DNA from: an uncultured Acidimicrobiia bacterium
GTDB lineage: Bacteria; Acidobacteriota; Terriglobia; Versatilivoradales; Versatilivoraceae
Assembly (NCBI GenBank): GCA_963786955.1
Contig: CAWBAT010000005.1
Coordinates: 1,312,001-1,376,000 of the forward strand
Length of the DNA stretch: 64,000 nucleotides
Direction of reading: 5' to 3'
The notes under the pieces were generated by a model. The model ran no database searches, had not been told where the DNA came from, and saw nothing but the letters and a program-made list of their open reading frames with translations. Of the stretch, positions 39,067-50,596 are shown in pieces; positions within the stretch are counted from its first letter, which is position 1; each line of letters begins with the position of its first letter. The position numbers and the translations under genes are program-made.

Positions 39067-39688
39067 GTTCACCTCCTTCTCCTCGTTGAAATTCTCAAAC
39101 ACAGCCGTAAGTCGTTATGAAATTAAAGCTTACGGAAGAGTTCGACACCCTTTTATTCCTCCCAGCAGCTTAGGCGAACGGCACAGAAAACTCACTACCT
39201 CCTCTGAATCCTATAGATAATGTTAGAGTTGGATCTTTCAGACAGCCTTTCTTCCCTTCTGTTTTATGTCTTATGTCCTGCAGCGGTCACAGGTAGGGAG
39301 GATGCGTTTCGCGGATCGGTGGTTGTCTTCGAGGCTAGCCTTTACTCACAATTTACACTTGGCTAAGGGTTGGACAGCTAATGGGGATATCCTTGATATT
39401 CAATTCGTTGAGAATTGTTTTGAACTGATTACTCCGGCAATCCGAAGGGAATCAGAATCTCAGCGACTGATCTATAAGGATGGGGTAGCGTTCCTCCTTT
39501 TGACAATAGATTTTTGACGCGGTAAACAAAATTCTCGTCATGCACTTTCGCCAGTGGGCTGAAGGGTGCAAGACTTGGAACCAGTAGCCAAGGGCCAATG
39601 ATTCCGAATGTATAGTAACTGATTTGTGGGAGGATTTCAATTTTTTAGATCTGTTCGCGGTTATGCGTTAGTTATCGGGGGAATTTCT

Positions 39689-39742
39689 GGTAGGGCGCGC
39701 TCGCCGAGCGCGCCGCGGACGGCCCGGCGGTCCGTCCCTACC
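39689..39742. repeat. REP doublet (GTAG family)
   Basis: GGTAGGGCGCGCTCGCCGAGCGCGCCG + GGACGGCCCGGCGGTCCGTCCCTACC. Confidence 0.8.
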
Positions 39743-39872
39743 CACTCAGCCGCTACAGAAGCGACAATCTCAAATCGTCACCGAATGCCTTGCCCTTACA
39801 GATTTCCCCCCGTAACTAACGCATTACTGTTCGCGGTCTAATCTGGGGTCTTACCCCACAAGTACCAGCACT

Positions 39873-40061
39873 TCAGCGCACCGCGGATAGTTCCATTTTA
39901 GAAGTGAGAGCCTCCTCCAATTTTTGACCAAGCCCTTCTGCCACGCCCTAGCCATATTGGGGATCAGCCTTGAAGACGTGCTGGATTTGCCGAGCTTGAA
40001 TGTCTCGGGGCACAGTCCACATGCTTGCAACAATGTTTCCGATCAGCCGAGCCTGCGCAGT
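39873..40061 (-). pseudogene. Remnant C-terminus of a monofunctional (KatA-type) catalase
   Basis: Translates TAQARLIGNIVASMWTVPRDIQARQIQHVFKADPQYG*GVAEGLG.., matching the recalled small-subunit catalase C-terminal helices (RL..NI..M..VP..IQ.RQ..H..KADP.YG.GVA..LG); internal TAG at 39948-39950, no convincing start. Confidence 0.75.
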
Positions 40062-40090
40062 ATAACACCTTTAAGACCTATCCTCTGAGA

Positions 40091-42319
<2,229 letters not shown>

Positions 42320-42343
42320 TTATGAGATTTTTTTATTAATGGC

Positions 42344-42850
42344 CTATGATCGCTTCTTTTGTCTTTGCCCTTTGCGCAGGGACGTTGCAGGTTCGGAAGT
42401 TGGGATGGCTCCAGCACAACCCGCACAAGTTCCTCGAAACTGAATTGAGTAATCGGTGAGCTCAAAATCATGGATCAGTGCGTCAGGGAAGGGAAGATTG
42501 TCGAGGCGAGGGTCATCAAGGTCGATCATCCGGCCGCATTGGATACAAACCAAATGGTGATGTCGGTGCGATTCAACCTCAAACCGTGCCGCTGCGCCAG
42601 GGTGGCATACCTTACGAGCCAGGTTGATCCGGACCAGGGTCTCCAGGACCCGGTATACCGTGGTGCGCGATACTCCCGGAAGGAGAATGGCGACATCTTC
42701 AGCGATCTGATCCGCGGTCGGGTGATCGTGGCGATGCAAAAGAGCTTTCAGAATGACCCGGCGTTGCACCGTCAAAGGGATACCGTTCTGACGGCACAAC
42801 TTTTCGAATTCGGCCATCTTCGTGGGTAGACTGATTGGTGCTCCCATCAT
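42344..42850 (-). CDS. Fur/PerR family transcriptional regulator
   Basis: LTVQR, HPTADQI, TTVYRVL, HHHLVCIQCG..C..C; directly upstream of katG. Confidence 0.9.
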   Translation of the reverse strand: MMGAPISLPTKMAEFEKLCRQNGIPLTVQRRVILKALLHRHDHPTADQIAEDVAILLPGVSRTTVYRVLETLVRINLARKVCHPGAAARFEVESHRHHHLVCIQCGRMIDLDDPRLDNLPFPDALIHDFELTDYSIQFRGTCAGCAGAIPTSEPATSLRKGQRQKKRS

Positions 42851-42851
42851 A

Positions 42852-42885
42852 TTGCAACATTATTGCAAAAGATATATTTTGTCAA
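42852..42885 (-). promoter_or_regulatory. Sigma-70 promoter with overlapping palindromic operator
   Basis: TTGACA(42885-42880)-N17-TAATGT(42862-42857); TTGCAA-N5-TTGCAA at 42852-42868; predicted start site coincides with the ATG. Confidence 0.6.
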
Positions 42886-43012
42886 CCGCTACTATTTATT
42901 ATTCCTATTCTTTTTCCTTCCCACCTGGAGGATCACGAATGCGAATCCCTTTGGTTATCAATACGACTCGTCTCGTTGAGTCGCACCCTTTTTGACCCAT
43001 CCTTTTTGATTC

Positions 43013-43041
43013 TTGACAAAGTCCGGGATTATTCTTAAGAT
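43013..43041 (+). promoter_or_regulatory. Sigma-70 promoter of glnA
   Basis: TTGACA-N17-TAAGAT. Confidence 0.65.
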
Positions 43042-43198
43042 TCCGCGCAATTTAGGGATTCATGCGTCGTCGCATGAGGTAAGCCTTGCCTTGGGACCAC
43101 GCAGTGCGGCGTGGGCAGATCTGCATTGCTGTCACTTTTGTCCCCAACTCCCAAACGATTATCCCAATACAAAATTTTTGTAAAAGGAGTGAGTCAGT

Positions 43199-44614
43199 AT
43201 GACCCCGAAAGAAGTTGTTAAATTTGTCAAAGACAAAGGTATCAAGATTATCGATTTCCGCTTTGTCGACATGCCGGGCCTTTGGCAGCATTTCACGATG
43301 AATGCCAAAGAACTCGAAGAAGATATGTTTGAGGAAGGAGTCGGTTTCGACGGATCGAGCATTCGAGGTTTCCAGAAAATTCAAGAAAGCGACATGCTCC
43401 TCATCCCCGATCCCAAGAGTGCTTTTGTGGACCCTTTTAGTTCTTTCCCACAGCTCAACCTCATCTGCAACGTCAAAGACCCCGTCACTTTGCAGCCATA
43501 CTCGCGTGACCCCCGGTACATTGCGCAAAAAGCCGAGAATTACCTCAAGTCCACGGGGATTGGCGACACCTGCTATTTTGGGCCGGAAGCGGAATTCTTC
43601 GTGTTTGACGATATCCGTTTTAATCAGTCCCAAAACGAAGGATTCTATTTCATCGATTCAAAGGAAGGGTTCTGGAATGCAGGCCGTGATGAGAAACCCA
43701 ACCTCGGATATAAGATCCGTTATAAAGAGGGATACTTCCCGGTGCCTCCGGCTGACAGCCTGCAGGATCTCCGTAGCGAAATGATGCTGACCATGGAGGA
43801 AATTGGTGTTCATGTGGAAGTGCACCACCACGAAGTGGCCACCGCAGGCCAATGCGAAATCGATATGCATTTTGATACGCTGACGGTCATGGGTGACAAC
43901 CTCCTCAAGTACAAGTATGTAGTCAAGAATGTAGCTAACAAACACGGAAAGACAGCCACCTTGATGCCGAAGCCGCTCTTCATGGACAATGGATCGGGAA
44001 TGCACGTTCACCAAAGTATTTGGAAAGGCGGGAAGAACGTATTTTACGAAGCGGGAGGCTATGCGGATCTGAGCAAGTCTGCCATCTATTACATCGGCGG
44101 CATTTTGAAACATGCACCTGCATTGCTGGCTTTCTGTGCTCCGACCACGAATTCTTACCGCCGACTTGTTCCGGGTTATGAGGCCCCTATCAATTTGATT
44201 TATTCGCAGCGGAACCGCAGCGCCAGCGTCCGCATCCCGGCGTACTCCCGCAGCGAGAAAGCCAAGAGAATTGAAGTACGATTCCCCGACCCTTCCTGCA
44301 ACGGGTATTTAGCGTTTAGTGCCTTGCTGATGGCAGGTCTGGACGGAATTCAGAATAAAATTGTTCCCCCCGATCCGATTGACAAGGATCTCTATGACCT
44401 CGAGCCGGAAGAGAAAGCTCATGTGAAATCAACTCCAGGAAGTTTGGAGGAAGTTCTTAACTCCCTCGAACGAGACCACGAGTTCCTGTTGAAAGGGGAT
44501 GTTTTCACGAAGGATGTGATTGAGACTTGGATTGACTACAAGCGGACTAAGGAAGTGGACGCTATCCGGTTGCGGCCACATCCATACGAGTTTTCACTTT
44601 ACTACGATATTTAA
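43199..44614 (+). CDS. glnA: Glutamine synthetase type I
   Basis: [43 protein letters not shown] adenylylation site. Confidence 0.97.
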   Translation: MTPKEVVKFVKDKGIKIIDFRFVDMPGLWQHFTMNAKELEEDMFEEGVGFDGSSIRGFQKIQESDMLLIPDPKSAFVDPFSSFPQLNLICNVKDPVTLQPYSRDPRYIAQKAENYLKSTGIGDTCYFGPEAEFFVFDDIRFNQSQNEGFYFIDSKEGFWNAGRDEKPNLGYKIRYKEGYFPVPPADSLQDLRSEMMLTMEEIGVHVEVHHHEVATAGQCEIDMHFDTLTVMGDNLLKYKYVVKNVANKHGKTATLMPKPLFMDNGSGMHVHQSIWKGGKNVFYEAGGYADLSKSAIYYIGGILKHAPALLAFCAPTTNSYRRLVPGYEAPINLIYSQRNRSASVRIPAYSRSEKAKRIEVRFPDPSCNGYLAFSALLMAGLDGIQNKIVPPDPIDKDLYDLEPEEKAHVKSTPGSLEEVLNSLERDHEFLLKGDVFTKDVIETWIDYKRTKEVDAIRLRPHPYEFSLYYDI

Positions 44615-44701
44615 GGTCAGCACGGGGTTAGAGCATGTATCGACTGGTGTTTCTTGAAAAGGTAGATGCAAACCTCTAGATAGGATTGTAGGTCTTAACA
44701 T

Positions 44702-44739
44702 AACGCGGACTCCGAATTCTTTCGAGTCCGCGTTTTTTT
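44702..44739 (+). terminator. Rho-independent terminator after glnA
   Basis: AACGCGGACTC..GAGTCCGCGTTTTTTT. Confidence 0.8.
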
Positions 44740-44897
44740 CTGGGCGGGCATTCTGCAAAGAACCGAGAACCTCCCTCGACTAGAATTCCTTTCAAGCCCC
44801 ATGAGTCGCTATGCTATGATTTTTTTGGAGAGGCGCAATGACCCTTCAAATCTAGTCTGGATGAACCTTTTCAGACAATAGGAAAATCGAAAAGCTT

Positions 44898-45836
44898 ATG
44901 AGTGCCAGGATGATAGATGGAATAAAGCTGGGGAAGGAAATTCGGGAAGAAGTGCGTTCTGAAGTCGGTGAATTGAGTCGGCAGGGGATCCAGCCGGGTC
45001 TCGCAGCCGTGCTGGTGGGGAACAATCCAGCCTCCCAGGTGTATGTGAGAAGCAAAATCAAGGCCTGTGAAAACCTAGGGATCTATAGTCAGGGAATTTA
45101 CTTGCCGGAAGATACACCGACCGAAGAATTATTGAAAACCGTTCAGGAACTCAATCAGAACTCCAAGATCGACGGAATCTTGGTCCAACTGCCTCTGCCC
45201 AAGCAAATCGATGAACAGAAGATTTTGCTGGCCGTCGATCCTGCCAAGGACGTCGATGGCCTTCATCCCATGAATGCCGGGTATCTCGCTTTAGGCCGCC
45301 GGTCTCTCCAACCGTGCACTCCATCCGGAGTCATTGAAATCCTGCGCCGCGAGCATATTCCGATGAAAGGAGCTCAAGCGGTTGTGATCGGCCGAAGCAA
45401 TCTGGTTGGCAAGCCGCTGGCTTTGTTGTTGCTACAGGAACATGCCACGGTTACCATCTGCCACTCCCGAACGCGAAATTTACCCGAAGTCGGACGCCAG
45501 GCCGACATCCTTATTGCTGCCATTGGGAAGGTAGGACTCATTACAAAAGAATTTGTGAAACCGGGAGCGGTTGTCATTGACGTCGGCATCAATAAGATCA
45601 GTGGCGATCAGTTGCCTCAGATCTTAGAATCAGACCCGTCCCTCCGCCCCCAATATGAGAAGAACCGAAGTGAGAATAAGGATTACGTGCTTACGGGAGA
45701 CGTGAATGTATCCAGCGTCAAGGAACTGGCTTCGGCAATGACACCGGTCCCGGGTGGAGTCGGGCCTCTAACCATCGCCATGTTAATGAAGAACACGGTG
45801 CTGGCCGCTAGAATGCGAAGAGGGTTAGCCCAATAA
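44898..45836 (+). CDS. folD: Methylenetetrahydrofolate dehydrogenase/cyclohydrolase
   Basis: GILVQLPLP, KDVDG, GRSNLVGKP, TPVPGGVGPLT. Confidence 0.96.
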   Translation: MSARMIDGIKLGKEIREEVRSEVGELSRQGIQPGLAAVLVGNNPASQVYVRSKIKACENLGIYSQGIYLPEDTPTEELLKTVQELNQNSKIDGILVQLPLPKQIDEQKILLAVDPAKDVDGLHPMNAGYLALGRRSLQPCTPSGVIEILRREHIPMKGAQAVVIGRSNLVGKPLALLLLQEHATVTICHSRTRNLPEVGRQADILIAAIGKVGLITKEFVKPGAVVIDVGINKISGDQLPQILESDPSLRPQYEKNRSENKDYVLTGDVNVSSVKELASAMTPVPGGVGPLTIAMLMKNTVLAARMRRGLAQ

Positions 45837-45859
45837 TAGAGATAGCCGGCTGAACGGGT

Positions 45860-46477
45860 ATGATGAGAATTGGATTAACCGGAGGAATTGCGAGCGGCAA
45901 ATCAACGGTCTGCGACATTCTCCGGGGAAAAGGCTGTCAAGTCATCGACGCCGACAAGGTGGCTCATGAACTGATACGCCGAGGACGAAGCTGTTACGGT
46001 CCCGTGATTGAGAAATTTGGAGATGCTATTTTGGATTCTTCCGGAGAAATCGACCGGAAAAAGCTGGGTGCGATCGTCTTCGAAGATAGAACACAGCTTG
46101 AAATCCTTAGCATGATCCTTCATCCCGAAGTCATACGAGCGGTTCTGATGAATCTTGGAGAAATTGAGAAACTGAATTCGAATGCCAGAAACATCGTGGA
46201 GGCATCCATGATGATTGAGTCGGGATTTCACAAGAGTTTTCGGCGATTGATTCTAGTGACTTGCACTCCGGAACAACAGATCGAACGGCTGATGAACCGA
46301 AATGGTTTGTCCCGGGAACAAGCCAACAAACGGATCGCATTGCAGCTGCCTCTTGGCGAGAAAGTTCGTTTCGCCGATTATGTCGTTGAGAACTCCGGAA
46401 CACTGAAGCAGACCGAAGAACAAGTCCACCAGCTATTCCAAGACCTGGAAGAAACCGTATGGAAAATGTTTCCCTAA
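45860..46477 (+). CDS. coaE: Dephospho-CoA kinase
   Basis: IGLTGGIASGKST, IDAD, IDRKKLG. Confidence 0.93.
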   Translation: MMRIGLTGGIASGKSTVCDILRGKGCQVIDADKVAHELIRRGRSCYGPVIEKFGDAILDSSGEIDRKKLGAIVFEDRTQLEILSMILHPEVIRAVLMNLGEIEKLNSNARNIVEASMMIESGFHKSFRRLILVTCTPEQQIERLMNRNGLSREQANKRIALQLPLGEKVRFADYVVENSGTLKQTEEQVHQLFQDLEETVWKMFP

Positions 46478-47172
46478 TCTCCGCATTCCTTGCAGGCCTC
46501 CTCTCGTTTGTCTCGCCTTGTGTTCTTCCTCTGGTCCCTGCTTACATTTCTTTCATCTCCGGCGTGTCGCTGGAAAAACTGAGGGAAGGGGGCAGTGGAG
46601 GAATTCGCCGGAATGTCATTCTCACGTCGATATTATTCATCGCCGGATTCTCGACGATTTTCATATTGCTGGGCGCGTCGGCCACCTATGCCGGTCAATT
46701 TCTCTTGCAGAACAAGATTCTCTTCAATCGGATCGCAGGCATCATGATTATTCTTTTTGGCCTGCACGTGGCGGGTCTATTTCAAATCAAATTTCTCAAC
46801 TACGAAAAACGTTTTAGTTTTGACCCCCAGAAACCCGTGGGGATCCTTGGAACATATCTGGTAGGATTAGCCTTCGCTGCAGGATGGACCCCCTGTATCG
46901 GCCCTATCCTTGCGGCTATTTTGGTAGTGGCCAGTAATCAGGAAAACAGCGGCCAGGGAATGATCTTGCTGGCCAGTTATTCTCTTGGGTTGGCAGTTCC
47001 TTTTTTTCTCACGGCGCTTGCAATCAACGTGTTTTTCAATTTTTTCAATTGGGTCAAGCGACATTATCGTGTCATCGAAATGATCAGTGGCGCTTTGCTC
47101 GTAATCTTGGGTTTTTTGGTGATGACGAATCAGTTATCTCGACTTGCCAAGTATTTCAACTACACCTATTAG
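46459..47172 (+). CDS. ccdA: Cytochrome c biogenesis CcdA/DsbD-type membrane protein
   Basis: SFVSPCVLPLVPAY, GWTPCIGPIL. Confidence 0.9.
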   Translation: MENVSLISAFLAGLLSFVSPCVLPLVPAYISFISGVSLEKLREGGSGGIRRNVILTSILFIAGFSTIFILLGASATYAGQFLLQNKILFNRIAGIMIILFGLHVAGLFQIKFLNYEKRFSFDPQKPVGILGTYLVGLAFAAGWTPCIGPILAAILVVASNQENSGQGMILLASYSLGLAVPFFLTALAINVFFNFFNWVKRHYRVIEMISGALLVILGFLVMTNQLSRLAKYFNYTY

Positions 47173-47347
47173 GGCTGCTTCAATGGCGGATCCGGTAGCC
47201 CGCTGGAGTGGACTTTTGGCCAAGCCGCGAATTCGCGCGACCGCTTTGTGGTGAAGATGTCCTGCCGACTGGCTCATTTTGGCTTTAGCGGACTCTAGGA
47301 TGACTCGATTGAAGACTGATCAAGAAATATCATTTTCTCGAGGTCTT

Positions 47348-47860
47348 ATGAATGACGATCGTATGAGAATTGCCCTCCTGTCTATATTATTAGCGGCTGC
47401 TACCCTGGCTTCGGCTTGTTCATCCGATAGCAGGAAGCCGGCGGGCGCCTTGAAGCCGGTTCCGCAATTTACTCTTTCCAGTTTGGACGGGAAGACGGTC
47501 GCGATGAAAGACCTTTCCAACAAGGTCGTCGTGATTGACTTCTGGGCAACCTGGTGCGGACCTTGTCGTGAAGAGATCCCCCATTTGAATAAGCTCTACT
47601 CCAATTACAAAGGTCAAGGGCTGGAAATCATTGGGATTTCCATGGACGACGGGCCCGACGTCGTTAAGGAATTTGCGAGGGAATTGCGAATGGAATACCC
47701 TCTTGTAATGGGAAACGACGAGTTGGCTGACCAATTTGGAGGCATTCTGGGCTTGCCGACCACATTCATTGTCGATCGCAAAGGAAACATCGTAAAAAAA
47801 TTCGTTGGGCTGCCCCCTGCGGAAGCGCTCAATCGCATCGTTCGCGAATTGGTAGGGTGA
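47348..47860 (+). CDS. TlpA/ResA thiol-disulfide oxidoreductase, lipoprotein
   Basis: LASAC lipobox, DFWATWCGPC, LPTTFIVD; start uncertain. Confidence 0.88.
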   Translation: MNDDRMRIALLSILLAAATLASACSSDSRKPAGALKPVPQFTLSSLDGKTVAMKDLSNKVVVIDFWATWCGPCREEIPHLNKLYSNYKGQGLEIIGISMDDGPDVVKEFARELRMEYPLVMGNDELADQFGGILGLPTTFIVDRKGNIVKKFVGLPPAEALNRIVRELVG

Positions 47861-48066
47861 TGACGAGCGAATTTGGTTTTGGGAAACTCGCTTCTAGCCG
47901 ATCGAAAAGGCTGTATGCCTGCAAACCAAATCTAAATTGGAATGATCCGAAAAAAGATTGGAACCTCCCCAAGGCGTAAAGCCTAGCCAGGTCTTTCGGT
48001 TTTTGTTTGTGCTGAAGCAGGGTTAGATCTTGTCCCCTCCGTTTGATGAAATGAGCTGTTATTACA

Positions 48067-49248
48067 ATGCTAAGTACGACGATTACTTTCCGGCTAAGAA
48101 CTCTCTTAATGATACTGACCTTGACCATAGTGGCAACCTGGGCTGGGAATCGGCTGCTGCAGCGGCAAAAATCTCCTGCCCCATTCTCCGTGGAAAGTTC
48201 TTCTGCCGCGGCAGCCGACAAGCTCTATGTGCCGGCTAACGACGACGAAGCCAATAGTATTGATATTTACAAGGGGGTCAGTCCGGCGGTCGTTAATATC
48301 ACTTCGACCACCATCGACTTCGATTTTTTTTTCAACGCCATGCCGAAGCAGGGAGCTGGGTCCGGTTCGCTGATCGATGCCGAAGGGCATATTCTGACCA
48401 ATTACCATGTCATTGAGAACGCACGGATGCTCGAAGTCACACTCGCAGACCAGCGGAAATTCAAGGCCAAGGCGGTGGGTGTGGATCTCTCCAATGACTT
48501 GGCGGTTATCAAAATCGATCCCGGCAAGAAACCCCTTCCGGTGGTTCCGATGGGGAGCTCTTCAAACCTTCAGGTTGGACAAAAGGTTCTAGCCATCGGG
48601 AATCCGTTCGGATTGGAAGGGACTCTCACGACAGGAATCATCAGTTCATTGCGGCGAACGATACGGGCCGAAGATGGAAAGCTCATTGATGATGTCATTC
48701 AAACTGACGCTGCGATCAATCCGGGCAACTCCGGTGGCCCCCTCCTGAATTCTCATGGGGAAATGATTGGAATCAATTCACAGATTGTCTCGCCCAGTGG
48801 CAGTGGAGGGAATGTCGGGATTGGATTTGCAATTCCGGTCAATACAGCTAAAGCCATTATTCCCGATTTGATCTCGGAAGGGCGCGTCCGCAGACCCTAT
48901 GCGCGAATCTCCGGATATGAAATCACACCGGAACTGACGGAGATTTTGGATTTGCCGGTGGACCATGGAATCTTGGTGGCCAGAACTCAGCCGGATGATT
49001 CTTTTGCGCAGGCTGGGATCCGGGGTGGTCGGCAAACCTATCTCATTGGTAATTCGCCCATGATTCTCGGCGGGGATATCATCGTCGATGCCGACGGACA
49101 ACCGGTGCACAATATGTATGATCTGGATCGCTTGGTAGACAAAAAGAAGCCCGGCGAGACGCTCACCCTGAAAATCTTTCGGGGGAAACGCGAAATGGTA
49201 GTGTCGGTACTTTTGATTGAGAGGACTCGCCCCGGGGTCCGTTTATAG
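48067..49248 (+). CDS. HtrA/DegP-like serine protease with one PDZ domain
   Basis: LTNYHV, DLAV, IQTDAAINPGNSGGPL, C-terminal PDZ. Confidence 0.92.
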   Translation: MLSTTITFRLRTLLMILTLTIVATWAGNRLLQRQKSPAPFSVESSSAAAADKLYVPANDDEANSIDIYKGVSPAVVNITSTTIDFDFFFNAMPKQGAGSGSLIDAEGHILTNYHVIENARMLEVTLADQRKFKAKAVGVDLSNDLAVIKIDPGKKPLPVVPMGSSSNLQVGQKVLAIGNPFGLEGTLTTGIISSLRRTIRAEDGKLIDDVIQTDAAINPGNSGGPLLNSHGEMIGINSQIVSPSGSGGNVGIGFAIPVNTAKAIIPDLISEGRVRRPYARISGYEITPELTEILDLPVDHGILVARTQPDDSFAQAGIRGGRQTYLIGNSPMILGGDIIVDADGQPVHNMYDLDRLVDKKKPGETLTLKIFRGKREMVVSVLLIERTRPGVRL

Positions 49249-49307
49249 TTCAAGTGACGAGGGTGGGTTGTGAAATTTATTGAGGCGACACCCGCAGTAG
49301 TTAGTCC

Positions 49308-49718
49308 TTGCCAAATACGGTTGCGAAAATGGGATTTCGAAAAGATTTTCTCCAGCGTCCTCCATTTCTGTTTGCACTAGGGGCTGTTGTCATTGTTCTC
49401 CTCCTCTATCGTTATGGGAACATTCGGGAAGAGTGGGTGGTGAAACGCTTCTTGCAGGAACTGAAAGCGGCAGAGTATCAAAAGGCCTATCAAACGTGGG
49501 GGCCCACCAGTGGATATTCTTACCCGGATTTCATGGCCGATTGGGGTGGAAACGGCTACTACGGCAAGATTCATGAGTTTAGAATCGCGCGCTCAAAATC
49601 TGAGGGCACGGGAGTGATTGTCGAAGTTGAATTCTCCCATCTGAAATACCCTGTCTACTTATGGGTTGAACGCAGAAGCCATACACTTGGGTTCTCCCCG
49701 ATTGAACAACTGCAGTAA
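49308..49718 (+). CDS. Hypothetical membrane-anchored protein
   Basis: N-terminal TM, plausible small alpha/beta domain; collinear with htrA. Confidence 0.6.
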   Translation: MPNTVAKMGFRKDFLQRPPFLFALGAVVIVLLLYRYGNIREEWVVKRFLQELKAAEYQKAYQTWGPTSGYSYPDFMADWGGNGYYGKIHEFRIARSKSEGTGVIVEVEFSHLKYPVYLWVERRSHTLGFSPIEQLQ

Positions 49719-49740
49719 ACTTGGTGCTTCTTGAAATTGA

Positions 49741-49868
49741 GAGCCTGCCTGAGAGTGGGAGGCCGTCTGAGTGTGGAAGCCTGTCTGAAAGTGGGAGGCT
49801 GCCTCCGGCAGGCGATGATGGATTCAACCAACACAGTCGCCGGTGAGGACACCACCTCCCACCTTCGA
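49741..49868. repeat. Left RAYT-flanking module: 18-bp tandem array plus GTGG REP doublet
   Basis: Three 18-mers ending GTGG, then GTGGGAGGCTGCCTCCGGCAGGCGA..TCGCCGGTGAGGACACCACCTCCCAC. Confidence 0.85.
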
Positions 49869-49906
49869 ACAGCCCTCCCGAATTAGGATTTACTGCTGCA
49901 AATTTT

Positions 49907-50422
49907 ATGTGCTCAACTAACCCTCCACCGCATTCGCGAAATCTCAGACTACACCGTCAAATGGAAGGACCTGGGACCTTTTTTGTCACCAAATGTCTGG
50001 AGCCTCGGAAACAAGTCATTGGTGAGCAAGTTGCCTCCAAAGTGGGCTCAGCTTTGTGCTTTTATGCGGAGAAGAAACTCATCTATCTGGCAGCCTTTGT
50101 GGTCATGCTGGATCATTGGCATGTCGTGCTGGCCACAGCCGATGGCAAGCCTGTATCGCAGCGAATGCAAAGTTTGGGACGATGGCTAGACAGAAACTGC
50201 GGTTCCATTCTCTCTGTCCAAGGTTGTGACTGGCAGGACGGTTTCCATGAAACCCGGATCCGTTCGGCCAAACAGTTTCAGTTTGTCTGTATCTATATCG
50301 AGGAAAACCCCGTCCGGGCGAGGCTAGTCCAGTCCCCCTCAGAATGGAAATGGTCATCCGCTCATCCGCGCTATCAATCTTACTTGACCAAACCTTGGCC
50401 TTGGAGTTTTGAGAAGGATTAG
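49907..50422 (+). mobile_element. REP-associated tyrosine transposase (RAYT, Y1 HUH family)
   Basis: FFVT, VVMLDHWH (HUH), WQDGFHE, YIEENPVRA.LV..EWKWSS; REPs on both sides. Confidence 0.88.
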
Positions 50423-50446
50423 CAAACCACCTTTAGTCTAATATGG

Positions 50447-50595
50447 GAACCTGCGTGAATGTGGAAGGCTTCCTGAGAGTGGGAGGCCATCTGAGTGTGG
50501 AAGCCTGTCTGAAAGTGGGAGGCTGCCTCCGGCAGGCGACAAATAGGTCCTCAGTCACCAAGGTCGCCGGTGAGGACACCGCCTCCCACCTTCGA
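50447..50595. repeat. Right RAYT-flanking module, direct repeat of 49741-49868
   Basis: Four 18-mers ending GTGG plus the same REP doublet with a different spacer. Confidence 0.85.
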
Positions 50596-50596
50596 G

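Noticed and set aside
39948-39950. TAG in the catalase fragment as pyrrolysine
   Set aside because: The fragment lacks nearly the whole enzyme; a plain nonsense mutation is simpler
43052-44113. Antisense ORFs over glnA, and similar ones over lysS, clpC, bamA and the ADH
   Set aside because: Mirror frames of conserved genes
49741-50595. IS200/IS605 element or CRISPR-like array
   Set aside because: No TnpB; motifs and flanking GTGG palindromes fit RAYT; the 18-mers have no spacers
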